Assembly (NCBI GenBank): GCA_951406725.2
Contig: OX597817.1
Span: 136,586,001-136,650,000, forward strand
DNA length: 64,000 bases
Direction of reading: 5' to 3'
DNA from: Octopus vulgaris
Taxonomy: Eukaryota
Below the pieces are notes generated by a model, which had not been told where the DNA came from, ran no database searches, and saw nothing but the letters and a program-made list of their open reading frames with translations. Position 1 is the stretch's first letter. Each line of letters opens with the position of its first letter. A program made the position numbers and the translations under genes. Below, piece by piece: positions 37,328-49,627 of this stretch.

Positions 37328-39527
37328 TCAAGGCGAATATTGTCTGAGGAGTGACTCACATGAGCAACAGATACATTTTGCTCTGTTTGGGGCTTGTCAG
37401 TGCCAGATGCCTATTTGTCACTTGCTGAAATGAAATTGATTCTTTGGTGTGTAAGACACAATGAATCGTACAGTCTGTAGTTTGCCAAATTGTAAGAAAC
37501 TTGGTGACATCAGGTTCTGGTTCTGTGCTGGTAAATGTTGATGGATAATCTTTGAAGCAGTAATTTTAGTCAGATGTTCTTCCTGTTGTTAATCCTTTCA
37601 TATGTATAAATAAGGGAGTTTTTATACATCTACTTTGAGTTCAGAGCTAGAAGTTGTAATATTCATCAAGAATGTGGACACAATGACTAATCTATTATGT
37701 TTTGCTCTCACAGTCTCTAATAAAAGTTACTTGTTTTATACACACGCACTCACTCACTCTCTCACACTTAGACATATGCATGGTGAGCTTCTTTGCAGTT
37801 TCCATCTTCCAGATTCTCTCAGAAAGCATAGTCAGCTTGGGTCAAAAGTTGAAGAGACACTTGTGCAAGGTGGCACACACTAGGACTAAATGTAACCAAT
37901 GGGGTTGTAAAGCAAACAACAATCTGTGTGTGTGTGTGTGAGACCTCATCATAATTTAACTTCAGCTTTCTATGCTGGCATGGATTGGACAGTTTGACAG
38001 GGAACCCGTGAGCTGCAGGGCTGTGTCATGCTCCAGTGTCATCTTTGACATGTTTTCTATGGCTTGATGCCTCCCTAATTGCAACCACTTTGCAGAGTGT
38101 GCTGGGTGCTTTTTTCCCTTCCACTGGCACTAGTAACTTGCTAGACTGGAAAGAACAGAGGAGAAGGAAAGGGAGGAAAAGTTTCCACTAATAAGAAGTA
38201 TTTGGGAGGGAAGGCGGATGTGGGTGGATGTGTGCCAAGCGTTGAAAGGTGTAAGGTAGTGGTGGGACAGGTTAGGTGTCTTCCTATGGAGGAAATATAT
38301 GGCTGAAGGAGCTGAGGAAGTTAGTGGTAGGGTGCTAGAGCAAATTCTCAGGAAACCAGAAGATTAGCATAAGAGAGGACAAAGACTAGGAATCATTGAA
38401 GGGGATGAGAGAATGTGAAGGGGGTAGTAAACAAGTATAGGTTAATGTGAAGAGTGATAAACGAGGCTGGAGGGGGAGTGCAGATGATGGGAAATACCAG
38501 TATGCAGAGGGGTGAATTGCGAAAGGAGTGGTTCAAAGTATTGTATAATGCTGTTTATTTTGATTAATATACCCTCTCTATTGACAGATATACAGTGCCT
38601 ATTTTTTCTGACTTATGGATTCTATGATGACTGCTTTGTGTGTGTATAATTTGGTAATGCTTCAACAAGCAGAAAAGCATTTAATTAGCTAAGAGAGTAA
38701 AGATAATCTTTTAAAAAAATGTAGTTACAAGATTTGTGAGTTTTTTTAAAGATTACACATGCACGTGTGTGTGTGTGTGTGTGTGTGTATGGATGGTAGA
38801 AATAAAAGTGAAGTGATATGGAAATGTTTTACAGAAAAGAACAATTGGCTATGGAAAGCCTCTCATCAGCTTTTGCATCTGGGATCAGTATAGTTTCATT
38901 GCATTTATCCTATTGTACAGCTGTAGATAGTAAATGTCACTGATGTAGCAAATACTACAAAAAAAACAAAAAAACTCTGAAGACATAATACGTGGAAAAT
39001 AGCGTACTTGTGACATAAAACATTTACAGGCAAACAAATAGATCAGAATTAGAGTTCAGTGTGGAAGAATATTGTTGCAGATGAGAAAAGAGACTTTCAT
39101 TGGAATGTGTGACCTGAAGACTTGAGAGACTTGTGAAAGAAGTGGAGAAGACATTCATATGTAGAGCATCATCGAACCATCGTATTTATCTGCAAATGAC
39201 TATAAATACTCATGTAAAAGCTTTGTATGGTATTTAATGAAATCTCTTGAGTAAATGGAGTTCACTTGCACATATATTATGTACCAGTTTCCTAATGTTT
39301 AGTCAACATTACTGCTGCATGGACAGGTATACGCAATGACACATATCTACACTTTCTATATTGGTGTCTGTATGTTTTATACATATATATCATGTTATCA
39401 GGGGGAGAAAAACATTGTGAAACACCCACCATAACCCTCTGCTTTTTAAACTGAGGAGGAGGTGGATGTTCTTTTTTTTTCTCCCAATGCAAACCCTTCC
39501 TTAGCTAGTTTCCCCATAAGCAATACA

Positions 39528-39848
39528 ATTCACCCAAGACTAGGCCCCTGTGCAATGTGTCCCTTACAAAGGTTGAGATCACATCACGTAAAAGCATTGC
39601 GCCACAATTTCTTCCCTGCAAATGGTCCTGCACTTTTGAATGTTATCCTGAAAGAAATTAAAGTAGAAAAAGACCCCACAACTTTCAAACGGTACCTGGA
39701 GAAATTCCTCCAAGAAATACTGGATAAACCACCTACACCTGGATACGTCTCAACCAACAACTCTCTGCCTGAGTGGTCCATGGCACCCAAAATAATTAAC
39801 CATAAGACTTTTCCTGGTGGTTCTATTGTCAAGGCCGAAACCAATCTA

Positions 39849-39849
<1 letters not shown>
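39528..39849 (+). mobile_element. CR1-like LINE 3' end
   Basis: The ORF segment is HPRLGP..LRHNFFPANGPALLNVILKEIK..FKRYLEKFLQEILDKPPTPGYVSTNNSL, matching the GP.LFN.LP..I..FK..LD.FL..IPD.P..PGY motif. It ends at (CA)n. Confidence 0.75.
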
Positions 39850-39931
<82 letters not shown>

Positions 39932-40113
39932 TACATACTCCTAATTGAACAGTGTGTATGCATCTGAGTCAGACACAAACACAAGTGTCAAAATCTTTAC
40001 TTGTGTGTCTATGTGTGTGTACGTGTGTGTACGTGTGTGTGTACGTGTGTGTGTACGTGAGTGTGTGTGTGTATAAGACTAATCAACCCATTACATGTTA
40101 TAACTTGCGTGTG

Positions 40114-40150
<37 letters not shown>

Positions 40151-41334
40151 GGATGGTAGTGATGAAACTTTTCATTTGTTTGAGACAATGTCACACAGTA
40201 ATATATATATATATATATATATATGAGAGAAAGAGAGAGAGGAAGTTGTATTTGTGTTGTTTATGGGGAGGCTAGCTAAGGAAGGGTTTGTGTTGGGAGA
40301 AAAAACAACACCCCCCTCCTCCTCAGTTTAAAAGGCAGAGGGTTATGGTGGGTGGTTGACAGAATGTTTTTCTGCCCCTGATAAAACTCCATTCTGTAAG
40401 TTTTTGTGGCTGGCAGGAGTCTAAATATTGCCTTTATTTTAGCAGTGGCAGTAACCATGGGAGCCAAGCCTTTATTAATGTCTGTTGTTTATAGAGCTGG
40501 TCTATGGCAGTTGACAAGAGTTCATTAACTGGCCTGTATTGTTGAGCTTTTCCTCTTTCTGGCAAACAGTTCTCTTGGTAACCTCCTCTTCTCCTCCTCC
40601 CATCATACAAAAGTAAACAACTCCAAAGAAAGAGAGGAAGAAGAAAGAAAGGAAAAAAAAACCCACACAAAACAAAAGAAACCATAAAATAACAACAACA
40701 ACAAAATGTTTAGGCAGGCTTTAGGATTGGAAACATAATGCTTCAAACATCCTTTGCTCTAGTAACAGTGTAGGAGGAGGTGGTGGTGGTGCAGATATGT
40801 GTGTGTATATGAAATTATTATTATTATTATTGGTTGTATACAATACTTACACAGCTCCATCCATTACCAAGGCAACCAGAGTTGGCTAAATAAATAAAAA
40901 GCTGTATGGAGTAAGGAAGGGTGAGTGTGGTGGTGGTGGTGGTGCTGTGACTAGCATGTATGTAAGTTGTTTGTTTGTGTGGGAACATGGTGGATATGAA
41001 GAAGGGGTTGGAGAGAAAGCTAGTGTGGTTGTTGTTGTGGTGGTGGCGGTGATGGCGGCGGTGATGATGGAGACCAGTAGGTATAAGGATTTTTAGATGG
41101 TTAGAAGTGAATGGCAGGAATGAAAAGGGTGTTTCTGCTTTTATTTAATTCTTGGTCAAGTTCTCTGGTTGTGTATTGTTGGGTAGGTCAGTTCAAGTAA
41201 AAGGATTTGTTTAGGGGAGTGTTGTTGTTAGCCACATCAGCTGTGTGTGGTTGTAAGTAAGTCAGCAGACCTCTTTTTCTCTCTCTTTCACCCTCTTTCA
41301 GTGCAAGTGTGTGTATGATTGTATGTGTGTGTAC

Positions 41335-41383
<49 letters not shown>

Positions 41384-41604
41384 TACATACACACACATAC
41401 ACATACATAGACACAATCAAATATGTGTGTGTATGTATTGTTTGTTTACTCTTGTTCTATATTTTATGCATATGTGTAAGTTCAGAGGTGAATTGAGTTC
41501 CTTATATTCCAGACAACCTCTGCCACAGATCTTTCTTGTTTATTCATTATCCCCTGGAAAGATCAAATTTCCTTTGCCAATTTTCTCATCTGAGGACTTA
41601 CAAT

Positions 41605-41645
<41 letters not shown>

Positions 41646-42199
41646 TATATATACTCCCAAAAACGTAAATATATGTATGTATATAAATATGTATGTTTAT
41701 GTGTGTTTTTACACAGACACACATACAAACATGCATACACATCAATGTGTGTGTGTTTATATATATGTGATTTCACACACACAGTTTGTATATATATATT
41801 TATGGAGAGATAGTTATGAACATATATGCTCTCTCTCGTGATTATCTATCTACCCACATATGTATGTTTGTGTGTGTGTGTACAATAAAACCGAGTCCAA
41901 AGAGGCTGGTGTTGGTCTGCTTAGTCAAAATTGTAATTATTTTTAGTAAACTCAACATAAAAGAATACACTGAAGCTGTTGTGTGGTGTAGAGAATCTCC
42001 GCTGTTCAGATAAGGGAAGATTTGACCAAAGAGAGAATTAAAGCCACACAGCAGAGTTTTGCATCTTCTAAGTTGAAGCCAGTTTTTCTAACTTGGAAGA
42101 TGTGAACCTCTGCTTTGTCTCTTTAATTTCACACCTTCCCTAAAGGGCTCTGTCCAAAATGTTGCATTTTCCACTCATCACTGCTAAACTAATTAATAA

Positions 42200-43321
42200 C
42201 ATACTCTCAATTGCTTTTATGACTTCCTCCCATTGTTAAGTTTTTCGATGCCTTGGTGGTAGAAATCCCTGGTCTTGACTCAAATGGTTCGTCCAACCAA
42301 GCCCTCAGTTTCATATCATTATTGAATAAATACACCATGCAGAGCATTTGAAAGAGATGAAAATCTGATGGTGCCAAGTCTGGAGAGTATGGAGGATGAG
42401 GCAGCACTTTCCATTTGAGTTCTTGAATCAAGACTTTGGTCATATTGGCAATGTGAGGACGAGTGTTGTCGTGTTGCAGAAGAATACCGTTTTGCCTATT
42501 CGGTCATTTTGTGGAATTGCTTCGTTGAGTTGGTGCAATTATTGAATGTAGAGCTCCACATTGAGTGTTTGGTTGTGCTGAAGCAGTTCATAATGAATTA
42601 TGCCTTCCCAGTCGACCACCATACATACACACACAGCATGGTCTTTTGAGAATGAAGGTCTCGTTTTGCTCGTGGAGTTGCTTGTTTGTCTCAGGGCTGA
42701 GGCATTGCTGCTTCATATTGACATAAAGGCACCATTTTTCATTGCCAGTGACAACGAGGTAAAGAAAACGATGTTTGTGATCATGTGTTGAGCGATATTG
42801 AGTGAGCAAAATGGTAGTGATTGTGGAGCATTGATTTTTGTTGATTTTTGCTGAAAGTGTGTGGCACCCAGCTGCCAAGTTTCTGAACCTTGCCCACTGA
42901 ATGAAGGGGGAAGAAATTGATTCAAGAGCTCTTCATTGAACTCAATTGGTCAGTTGGTGTGTGATATCATCCTGGAGGTCAAAATTCTCATTTTTGAAGC
43001 ACAAAACCCAACAGTAAGTGGTACTTTGAGGTGTTGCTCCTTCTCCATACATGGCACACATCTCAAGAGTGGCTTTGGCAGCCTTAACATTTCGATTAAA
43101 TGCAAAAAGCAAATGGTGTTGAAAATGCTCAGTTTTGTCCACTTGACATTCCATTTTAATGATCTGAAAATACACAAAAACCAATAAAATTTTTAAAATC
43201 AACTTGTACAGCAAAAAAAATTCTCTTTTAAATAACATAAAACATTTTGCCAATGCGATTTATTTCTGCATGAATTTTTAAATTTGAAAGAAATGCTCAT
43301 GAATTATTCCTCAACCCAATA
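42200..43321 (-). mobile_element. Decayed mariner element (second lineage)
   Basis: The 5' TIR-like end is TATTGGGTTGAGGAATAATTC. Peptides are MECQVDKTEHFQHHLLFAFN..MYGEGA, RFLYLVVTGNEKWCLYVN, LQHDNTRPH and WKVLPHPPYSPDLAPSDFHLF. Confidence 0.92.
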
Positions 43322-43534
43322 CAAAGCTTGGATCCAATTGTAGGAAGTCAGTAAGCTTCAAGCACTTAAGCAGCTGGTATAGATGAGAAAACATGGACAA
43401 TATATGATAGGCTCTATTTATTAACATCTTAAATGACACATTTCTTCCTATATTGAAGTTAAAAGGAATTTTGATAAGTTGATTGTCTCCTTACATCTTA
43501 CAGTTTAGCAACTAACACTGCTAAGAATGTGAAG

Positions 43535-43840
43535 GGCAAGTCTTCCACTATAGCCCTGGGCCAGCCAAAGCCTTGTGAATGGATTTGGTAGAGGGAAACT
43601 GAAAGAAGCCCATTGTGTGTATGTTACTGTCTCCTTGCCTTGATGTTGTGTGATAGTTGTAAACAAATGTCACTATCAAGCAAGTTGTGACCTTCATTTC
43701 CAATCTTCCGTGGCACCATCATGTCTGGTCATGGGGAACATGACCTTATTTGGAAACTGGTGATAGCTGGCATCAGGAAGGGCATCTGCCTCATCAAATT
43801 CCATGTGACCCATGCAGCCATGGAAAAGTGATGCTAAAGT
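43535..43840 (+). mobile_element. 5'-truncated family-C SINE, RTE-type tail
   Basis: It reads GGGCAAGTCTTCCACTATAGCC..GGAAACTGAAAGAAGCCC..CAGGAAGGGCATC..ACCCATGCAGCCATGGAAAAGTG. Confidence 0.85.
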
Positions 43841-44269
43841 CTGAGTGTAATCAGATCTGATGAGACCTATTGCTGCAGAGATAGTCTCAGGAGAAAATTC
43901 TTCCCTTAGACTTGTCTAAATACACACATTTTATTTTGCTGTGAGTGAAATCATTAGATCATAGGATGCCTGTGTTTCTCTGTCATTCCTCTTCATCAGT
44001 TATAGAAACTATCACAGTCACTCACAGATCAACCCAGTAAGTATAAAGTTATACTTACAGAAGCAAAAAATGCAATTGCTGATATGTGAATTGCTTGGTC
44101 ATATGATAAATGTATTGTTTACAGTTCCATTGTGGGTAGGATCAGCAAGAAAAAAAAAGTACTTCATCCAGTGAGTGATAAATATTTAATATACAAAATC
44201 ACAAAAGAGCTACTTACTAATAGTTTTATGCTTTATAGATACAATAAATTGGCAGAGTTATCTAACATG

Positions 44270-44650
44270 GTATGTGGCTGATGCCAGTGCCAAATCATAG
44301 TCATGGTCAATGCCAGTGCTGTCTGACAGGCACCCATGCTGGTGGCACATAAAAAAACCATTTGAGCATTGGGTCTCATGGAGGCAGTGACAGGTGACCA
44401 AGACCTTTGGAGATATACCGTGCTTGTGTAGACCTGTCAAGCCGAGACTGAAGTCATGGCTAATTCCACCTGTGCCAGTGATACGTGAAAAGCACCCACT
44501 ACACTCTTGGAGTGGTTGGTGTTAGGAAGGGCATCCAGCTGTAGAAACACTGCCAGATCAGATTGGAACCTGGTGCAGCTCCCCTGACTTACCAATTTTC
44601 AGTCAAACTGTCCAACCCATGCCAGCATGGAAAGTGGATGTTAAATGATG
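44270..44650 (+). mobile_element. Rearranged RTE 3' end (family B)
   Basis: It has UTR units, an ORF-end piece (LGLMEAVTGDQDLWRYTVL) and the terminal ACCCATGCCAGCATGGAAAGTGGATGTTAAATGATG. Confidence 0.85.
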
Positions 44651-45389
44651 TATCTCTAAGCAATCTTCCAGACTCAGTTCATTAGATCCAAGAATTTCAC
44701 TGAATTACTTAATTCCAGATCCAAAATTTTTAGTAGATGCAAGCACATGGACTAGTTTCTCTTGTTGAACTGGAGGTCTTCACCCACTCTGGATTGAATA
44801 GCTATTGCAGTCATTGACTTTCTTTTCTCTTATATTATTCTGCACTGGATACATTAATTATGGTCTCTATGGCCAAAGTGGATGAACATCTTGGTTTTCT
44901 CACTTTTCTTTTCTTTTTATTCCACTTTTTGCATCAATCTTCTTTGTGTTTTTTCTTTTCTTTTTTTTTAATGCTTTTTCATAGACCAGCAACCTGGTTT
45001 TTTAACATCTAATGTTATGAACTGACTCTGAAAGATTGCTTGGCTGTACATGGCATGTTATATAAATCTGCCAATTTAAAAGTATGAAACTATCAGTAGC
45101 TCTTTTGTAAATTGTATATATTAAATAGTATGCATGCAGACAGGCAGTTTGGTATCTGTTCCCTTTTGAATGGATGCTGTTGACTGGTGATCTCTGATAT
45201 AGCCATAGGTTGGTCAATACCTTATAAGGGACTTTTGCACGTATGCATATGCATGTGTGCTGATTGCAAACGGTTACCATTCATACAAATTGTGTCATTC
45301 GATATGTGCGTGTATATATGTGTGTGTATATGCATGTGTATGTATGTGTGTATGTATATATTGTGTTTATATGTATATATTGTATGTAT

Positions 45390-45970
45390 ACCCACTCCCA
45401 CACACCCCACCTCTTCCCCCACCCTCAGCCTACCCACATACCCCACATCTACCCCCACCCTCAGCCTAACCTACACTCCACCCTTGCTTTCCCATTCTCA
45501 CGTCCCCCACCTCCCAACACCACCACACCACACACCACTACACCATACACCACCATACCACACCACATCACATCACATAGCACACACTAGCACTGACCAC
45601 TTCCCAGCCCCACATCCACACACATACACATATGCACACGTTAAGGTCACCAGCCCTCTTCCACACACTCACATACATACTCTCTTACATGCACGCGCAC
45701 CTTCGTTTTGGGATCACCACTACTTTATTATCTCCCCTTCTTCCTATCTCTCCTGTGTGACCCCTCTGTCCATCATTCACCATGATAGATCGTTAGCCAC
45801 TACACATTTTTTATTTTCTCTCCTTGTTTCTTTCTGTGTTCCTTTCTGTGGAAGAGTGTAGGCTCGAAACAGTAAAGACTTTTTCACTTCCTGAGCGTTA
45901 AACTAATACATCTGTTTGTTGTCTACAACACCTGTCTTTGTCTTTTGTTTTTTTGTGAATTCCCCCTATG
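45390..45970 (+). mobile_element. Family-E repeat (probable PLE 3' region) with C-rich body
   Basis: 45779-45970 matches 36465-36677 and contains CTTTCTGTGGAAGAGTGTAGGCTCGAAACAGTAAAG. It ends at (TA)n. The 5' boundary is uncertain. Confidence 0.6.
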
Positions 45971-47214
45971 TATATATATGTATATATATATATATGTGTC
46001 TATATATATATATGTATTTACACACACGCATACACATAAACACACACACACACAGTGTTAAGCTAATTCATAACTTCTTTATTAATTGTTAATCTATGCT
46101 ATTTATTAGCTGCTAATCTATCTTCTGTGAGGAGCAGCCAAACTGGGAAACGTTCCATCTAGATATTCCTTCCCTCTTTTCGCCTACATCAGTGATAATG
46201 ACAGGATTTCCCTTGGAGAAGCTTTATAATTTATTTCAGTTTTATTTCTTTTATGTTGTGCATAACTGAATATTATGTGTCTGTCTGTGTGATACAGGCA
46301 AATATATACAAGCCTAAAATTTAAAATACTTATGTACAGGTTTCAGTTTTCATTCTGTGAACCTACCTTGACATATGACACTCACTCACACTAATCACTG
46401 CTATTTCTCTCCTCCTTCCCCTCTACCAGTTTCCCTCCACGATGTTCCCTCCTTTACCATCCCCTTTAAATGTGTCCCATCCATCATAGGGGTTGTCTTT
46501 CCCTTTTCAAGCTGCTAGTTAACCCCTGGCGGTGGTGGTATTACAAAAGGCACCCAAGTAGTAGTACACTCTGTAAAGTGGTTGGTGTTAGAAAGAGCAT
46601 CAGGCAATAGAAACAATGCGGGAAAATGAGTTGGTGAAGCAGGACCTGCTCCTCTGCCCCATCAGATCCTGTTGAACCATTTTACATCCGTTCCACATGC
46701 CAGCTTGGGGAATTGATGTCGAGATGATGATGATGATTCTTACACACACATGCACACACACTCTCTCTCTCTCTCTCTCTCACACACATACGTACATATA
46801 CACATATGTATGTATGTGTGTGAGTGTGTGGGTATGGATACACACACACATTTACTTGAGAAATGAGTGTACTCTACATGATATCTATTGGTTGCTTTTT
46901 CCTAATTAGTAAGCTCTATCTTCATATGCCTTTATAAAAATATTTATATAAGGAAGCACACACACATTCTTATATAAATATCTAGTCAGTATTGCTATGT
47001 ATTTGTTTGTAATTAATGGCTGTATGTTAGATAAAGCAGACAGTCCTTTACTTGTATCAACAGAATTGTTCTAATGTACTAAGAACTTGTTGGCTCTATC
47101 TGCATGGAGGTACACATTTCTGTATATTTTATTCACCTTTGTATACACACAGGAATCCCATGGATGTTGAACATTTTCTTATCATCTATTTTCAAATGGT
47201 TCAAGAGTATGTGC

Positions 47215-47610
47215 ACAGGTAGCAGTGTGTGGTTAAGAGGTTTGCTTCTCAACCATGCAGTTTTGAGTTCAGTCCCGCTGTGTGGTATTTTGGGGTGTCT
47301 TCTACTATAGCCCTGGGCCTTGTGAGTGGTGGGTTTCATTAACGAAACCCTGCCACATGTGTGTGTATATATGTGTTTGTGTGTGCATCAGTGTGAGTCT
47401 TTGCTGTAAATAAGCCTTACAGTCATACAATGTTGTTTATTTCCAGTCTTATGTGAAAATATGTGTGGCCAAGGAGAAATATTACTTTGCTCAGAAGCAA
47501 GTAATGGTTGGTGACAGGAAGAGCATTCAGCTGTAGAAAATCTGCCTCAGTGAAATTGTGTCTGAACCATGCAAACCTAGAAAAGTGGATATAAAACTGA
47601 TGACAATGAT
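47215..47610 (+). mobile_element. Family-C SINE, RTE-type tail
   Basis: The head is GTGTGGTTAAGAGGTTTGCTTCTCAACC..GAGTTCAGTCCC and the tail is CAGGAAGAGCATTCAGCTGTAGAAAATCTGCCTC..CCATGCAAAC. Confidence 0.8.
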
Positions 47611-48419
47611 TTTATATATGTGTGTGTGTGTGTGTTTTTGATGTTGTTGATCTTTGTTACAGATGGTCTGATGAGAGTATGTACATTCTGGAGAATTCCT
47701 CTTCAGACTGGGTCAATGTTGATTATGGATAACCAGTAGTTGGCTTTATTTAATAATAGTCCTGCATTTACGCAATATTGGTTACATGTGAATGTACTTC
47801 ATCAATATATATTGGTGCTGTAAATGATTTAAACATTATTGGGGGGAAAAAAAGATGACAATAAAAAATTGATACTTGAAGAGAAAATTCTCTTGAGGTA
47901 CATTCTGTGACAGACACTCCATTGTTGCTTGTCACCTTCAGGAATATAGTGAACCAACGATTGGTCTTCTGGAATCGTGTAACTAATTGATGAAACTTTT
48001 GTAGATGAGCTGTGACAGGAAATACATAACTGTACAAATACATGTGCTTAGAGTACCAGATGTTAGAGGGAGAGAGGGGGGGGGGCAGAGAGAGAGAGAA
48101 GGTTCTAGTTTGCTTTTTCTCAAATCTTATACTTTTTGTAGTTATCTTGAAAATACTTAAAGGCTTGTCTAAAAAACACAGAAAAGAAAATAATTTTGTA
48201 ATACTTTCACTATTTTTAGTGTGAAAATCTATTTTATATTCTACAGAAAAATTATTTTTGTTTTCTTCAATAAATGACTTCTAGCATATCTTAAACATTT
48301 TTAGATTGACTCAACTTCTGTTTTTATTTTTTTTACTAATGTCCTCCTCCCTCTTTTTAGTTTCAGGACTTTTGACATGTATTATTTCAAAAATAAGTCT
48401 GTTGTAAAGGATCTTATAC

Positions 48420-48676
48420 TGCTTTATCTGATGGGGTCCATCTGACCCTGGTGGGGGAGGGGGTTCACGTGAGATTTTGTTAAAACTTATGTGCAATAAA
48501 TTAGTTTTATTTCTACAATATGCAAAATATTTTAACAATTTTTCTCATAAAATTCTTAATGATATGTAAATTATAAAAATAGGATTTTTAAGCCTCAAAT
48601 GGCTACGAGGCTCCATGTGAGCAAAACAGAAATCAAAGAGGTCCATAGGTAAAAAAAATGGTTGAGAATGACTGCA
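48420..48676. mobile_element. hAT/Charlie-like MITE right part
   Basis: It ends in AAAATGGTTGAGAATGACTG, the inverse of a CAGTGGTTCTCAACC-type TIR, and has internal GGGGTCCA subterminal motifs. The left TIR was not found. Confidence 0.45.
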
Positions 48677-49218
48677 CTAGTGGAGCTGCCATGGTCAATT
48701 TTAAGGGAAGTTGGAATCTGATGTTCAGTTCAATATTTGTCTGGAGAATTTAGACTGGCTGGCTTGTATTTCATATAAAATGTTTATATTTCATCACCTC
48801 AACGAAACTGAGTTCTGGAAGTGCTGTGTGTTTGATCCATGTGTAACATTAATTATATGTCATCTTCATGCACTATGCTTAAAACACATGAAGTATGAGG
48901 TGGTTATTTGTTTACAGTTGACAACACATGCAGTCATGCACAAAATAACAGCTTCCAAATTCTGTTTTCTGACTGGACAAAAATGATAAAAATTTTAAAT
49001 CTCTGTAACTGTTTTTTAAAAAAAATTCTAGAAAAAGCAAATTATCTCCTGAGATTCAGCGTGGAAAATTACATCAACACACCAAATTTTAAAATTTTCA
49101 CTAAATTTCAAAATTTTCACAGGTGAACCCAAAGAGAAAAGATCTGTGGGTTTACTCTCAGAATGTACCTGTAGTCCATAGAACACTATAGTAGAAAGGA
49201 TTACTATTATTGTTATTA

Positions 49219-49380
49219 AGGTGGCTAACAGAAATTGATAGCAAGCTGCTTCTATGTTGTGAGTTCAAATTCTGCCGCGATTGACTTTATTTTACATCTT
49301 TTGGGGTCGATAAAATAGGTACCAGTTGAGCATTGGGGTTGGTATAATTGATTTGTCCCCTCTATCGAAATTGCTGGCAT
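49219..49380 (+). mobile_element. Family-A SINE
   Basis: It reads GAGTTCAAATTCTGCC..TTTGGGGTCGATAAAATAGGTACCAGTTGAGC and follows an (ATT)n tract. Confidence 0.8.
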
Positions 49381-49627
49381 TTTCTTTGAAGCCTACACAT
49401 GTCTTCAGCAGTCACCGCCCAGGTTTCACTGCGGTGTAGTATGGCTGTTCGCATACAATCTACCTTTCACTCAGAGTAAGAGGCCCTTTGTCACCAGTAG
49501 AGGTAGGAGCTTTCTGAACTTTGCCCAGGCTATTCTTATTCTAGTGGCAATGCTCTCCGAGCACCCTCCCCCACTACAGACTTGGTCACCTAGGTAGTGG
49601 AAGCTACTTCTAGTTTCTCTCCCTGTG
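49381..49627 (-). mobile_element. RTE LINE internal fragment
   Basis: The minus strand gives YLGDQVCSGGGCSESIATRIRIAWAKFRKLLPLLVTKGL..RTAILHRSETWAVTAEDMCRLQR. Confidence 0.9.

Noticed and set aside
45187-45861. Longest ORF (224 aa)
   Set aside because: It is read-through of (TG)n and C/A-rich low-complexity repeat sequence, with no recognisable domain.
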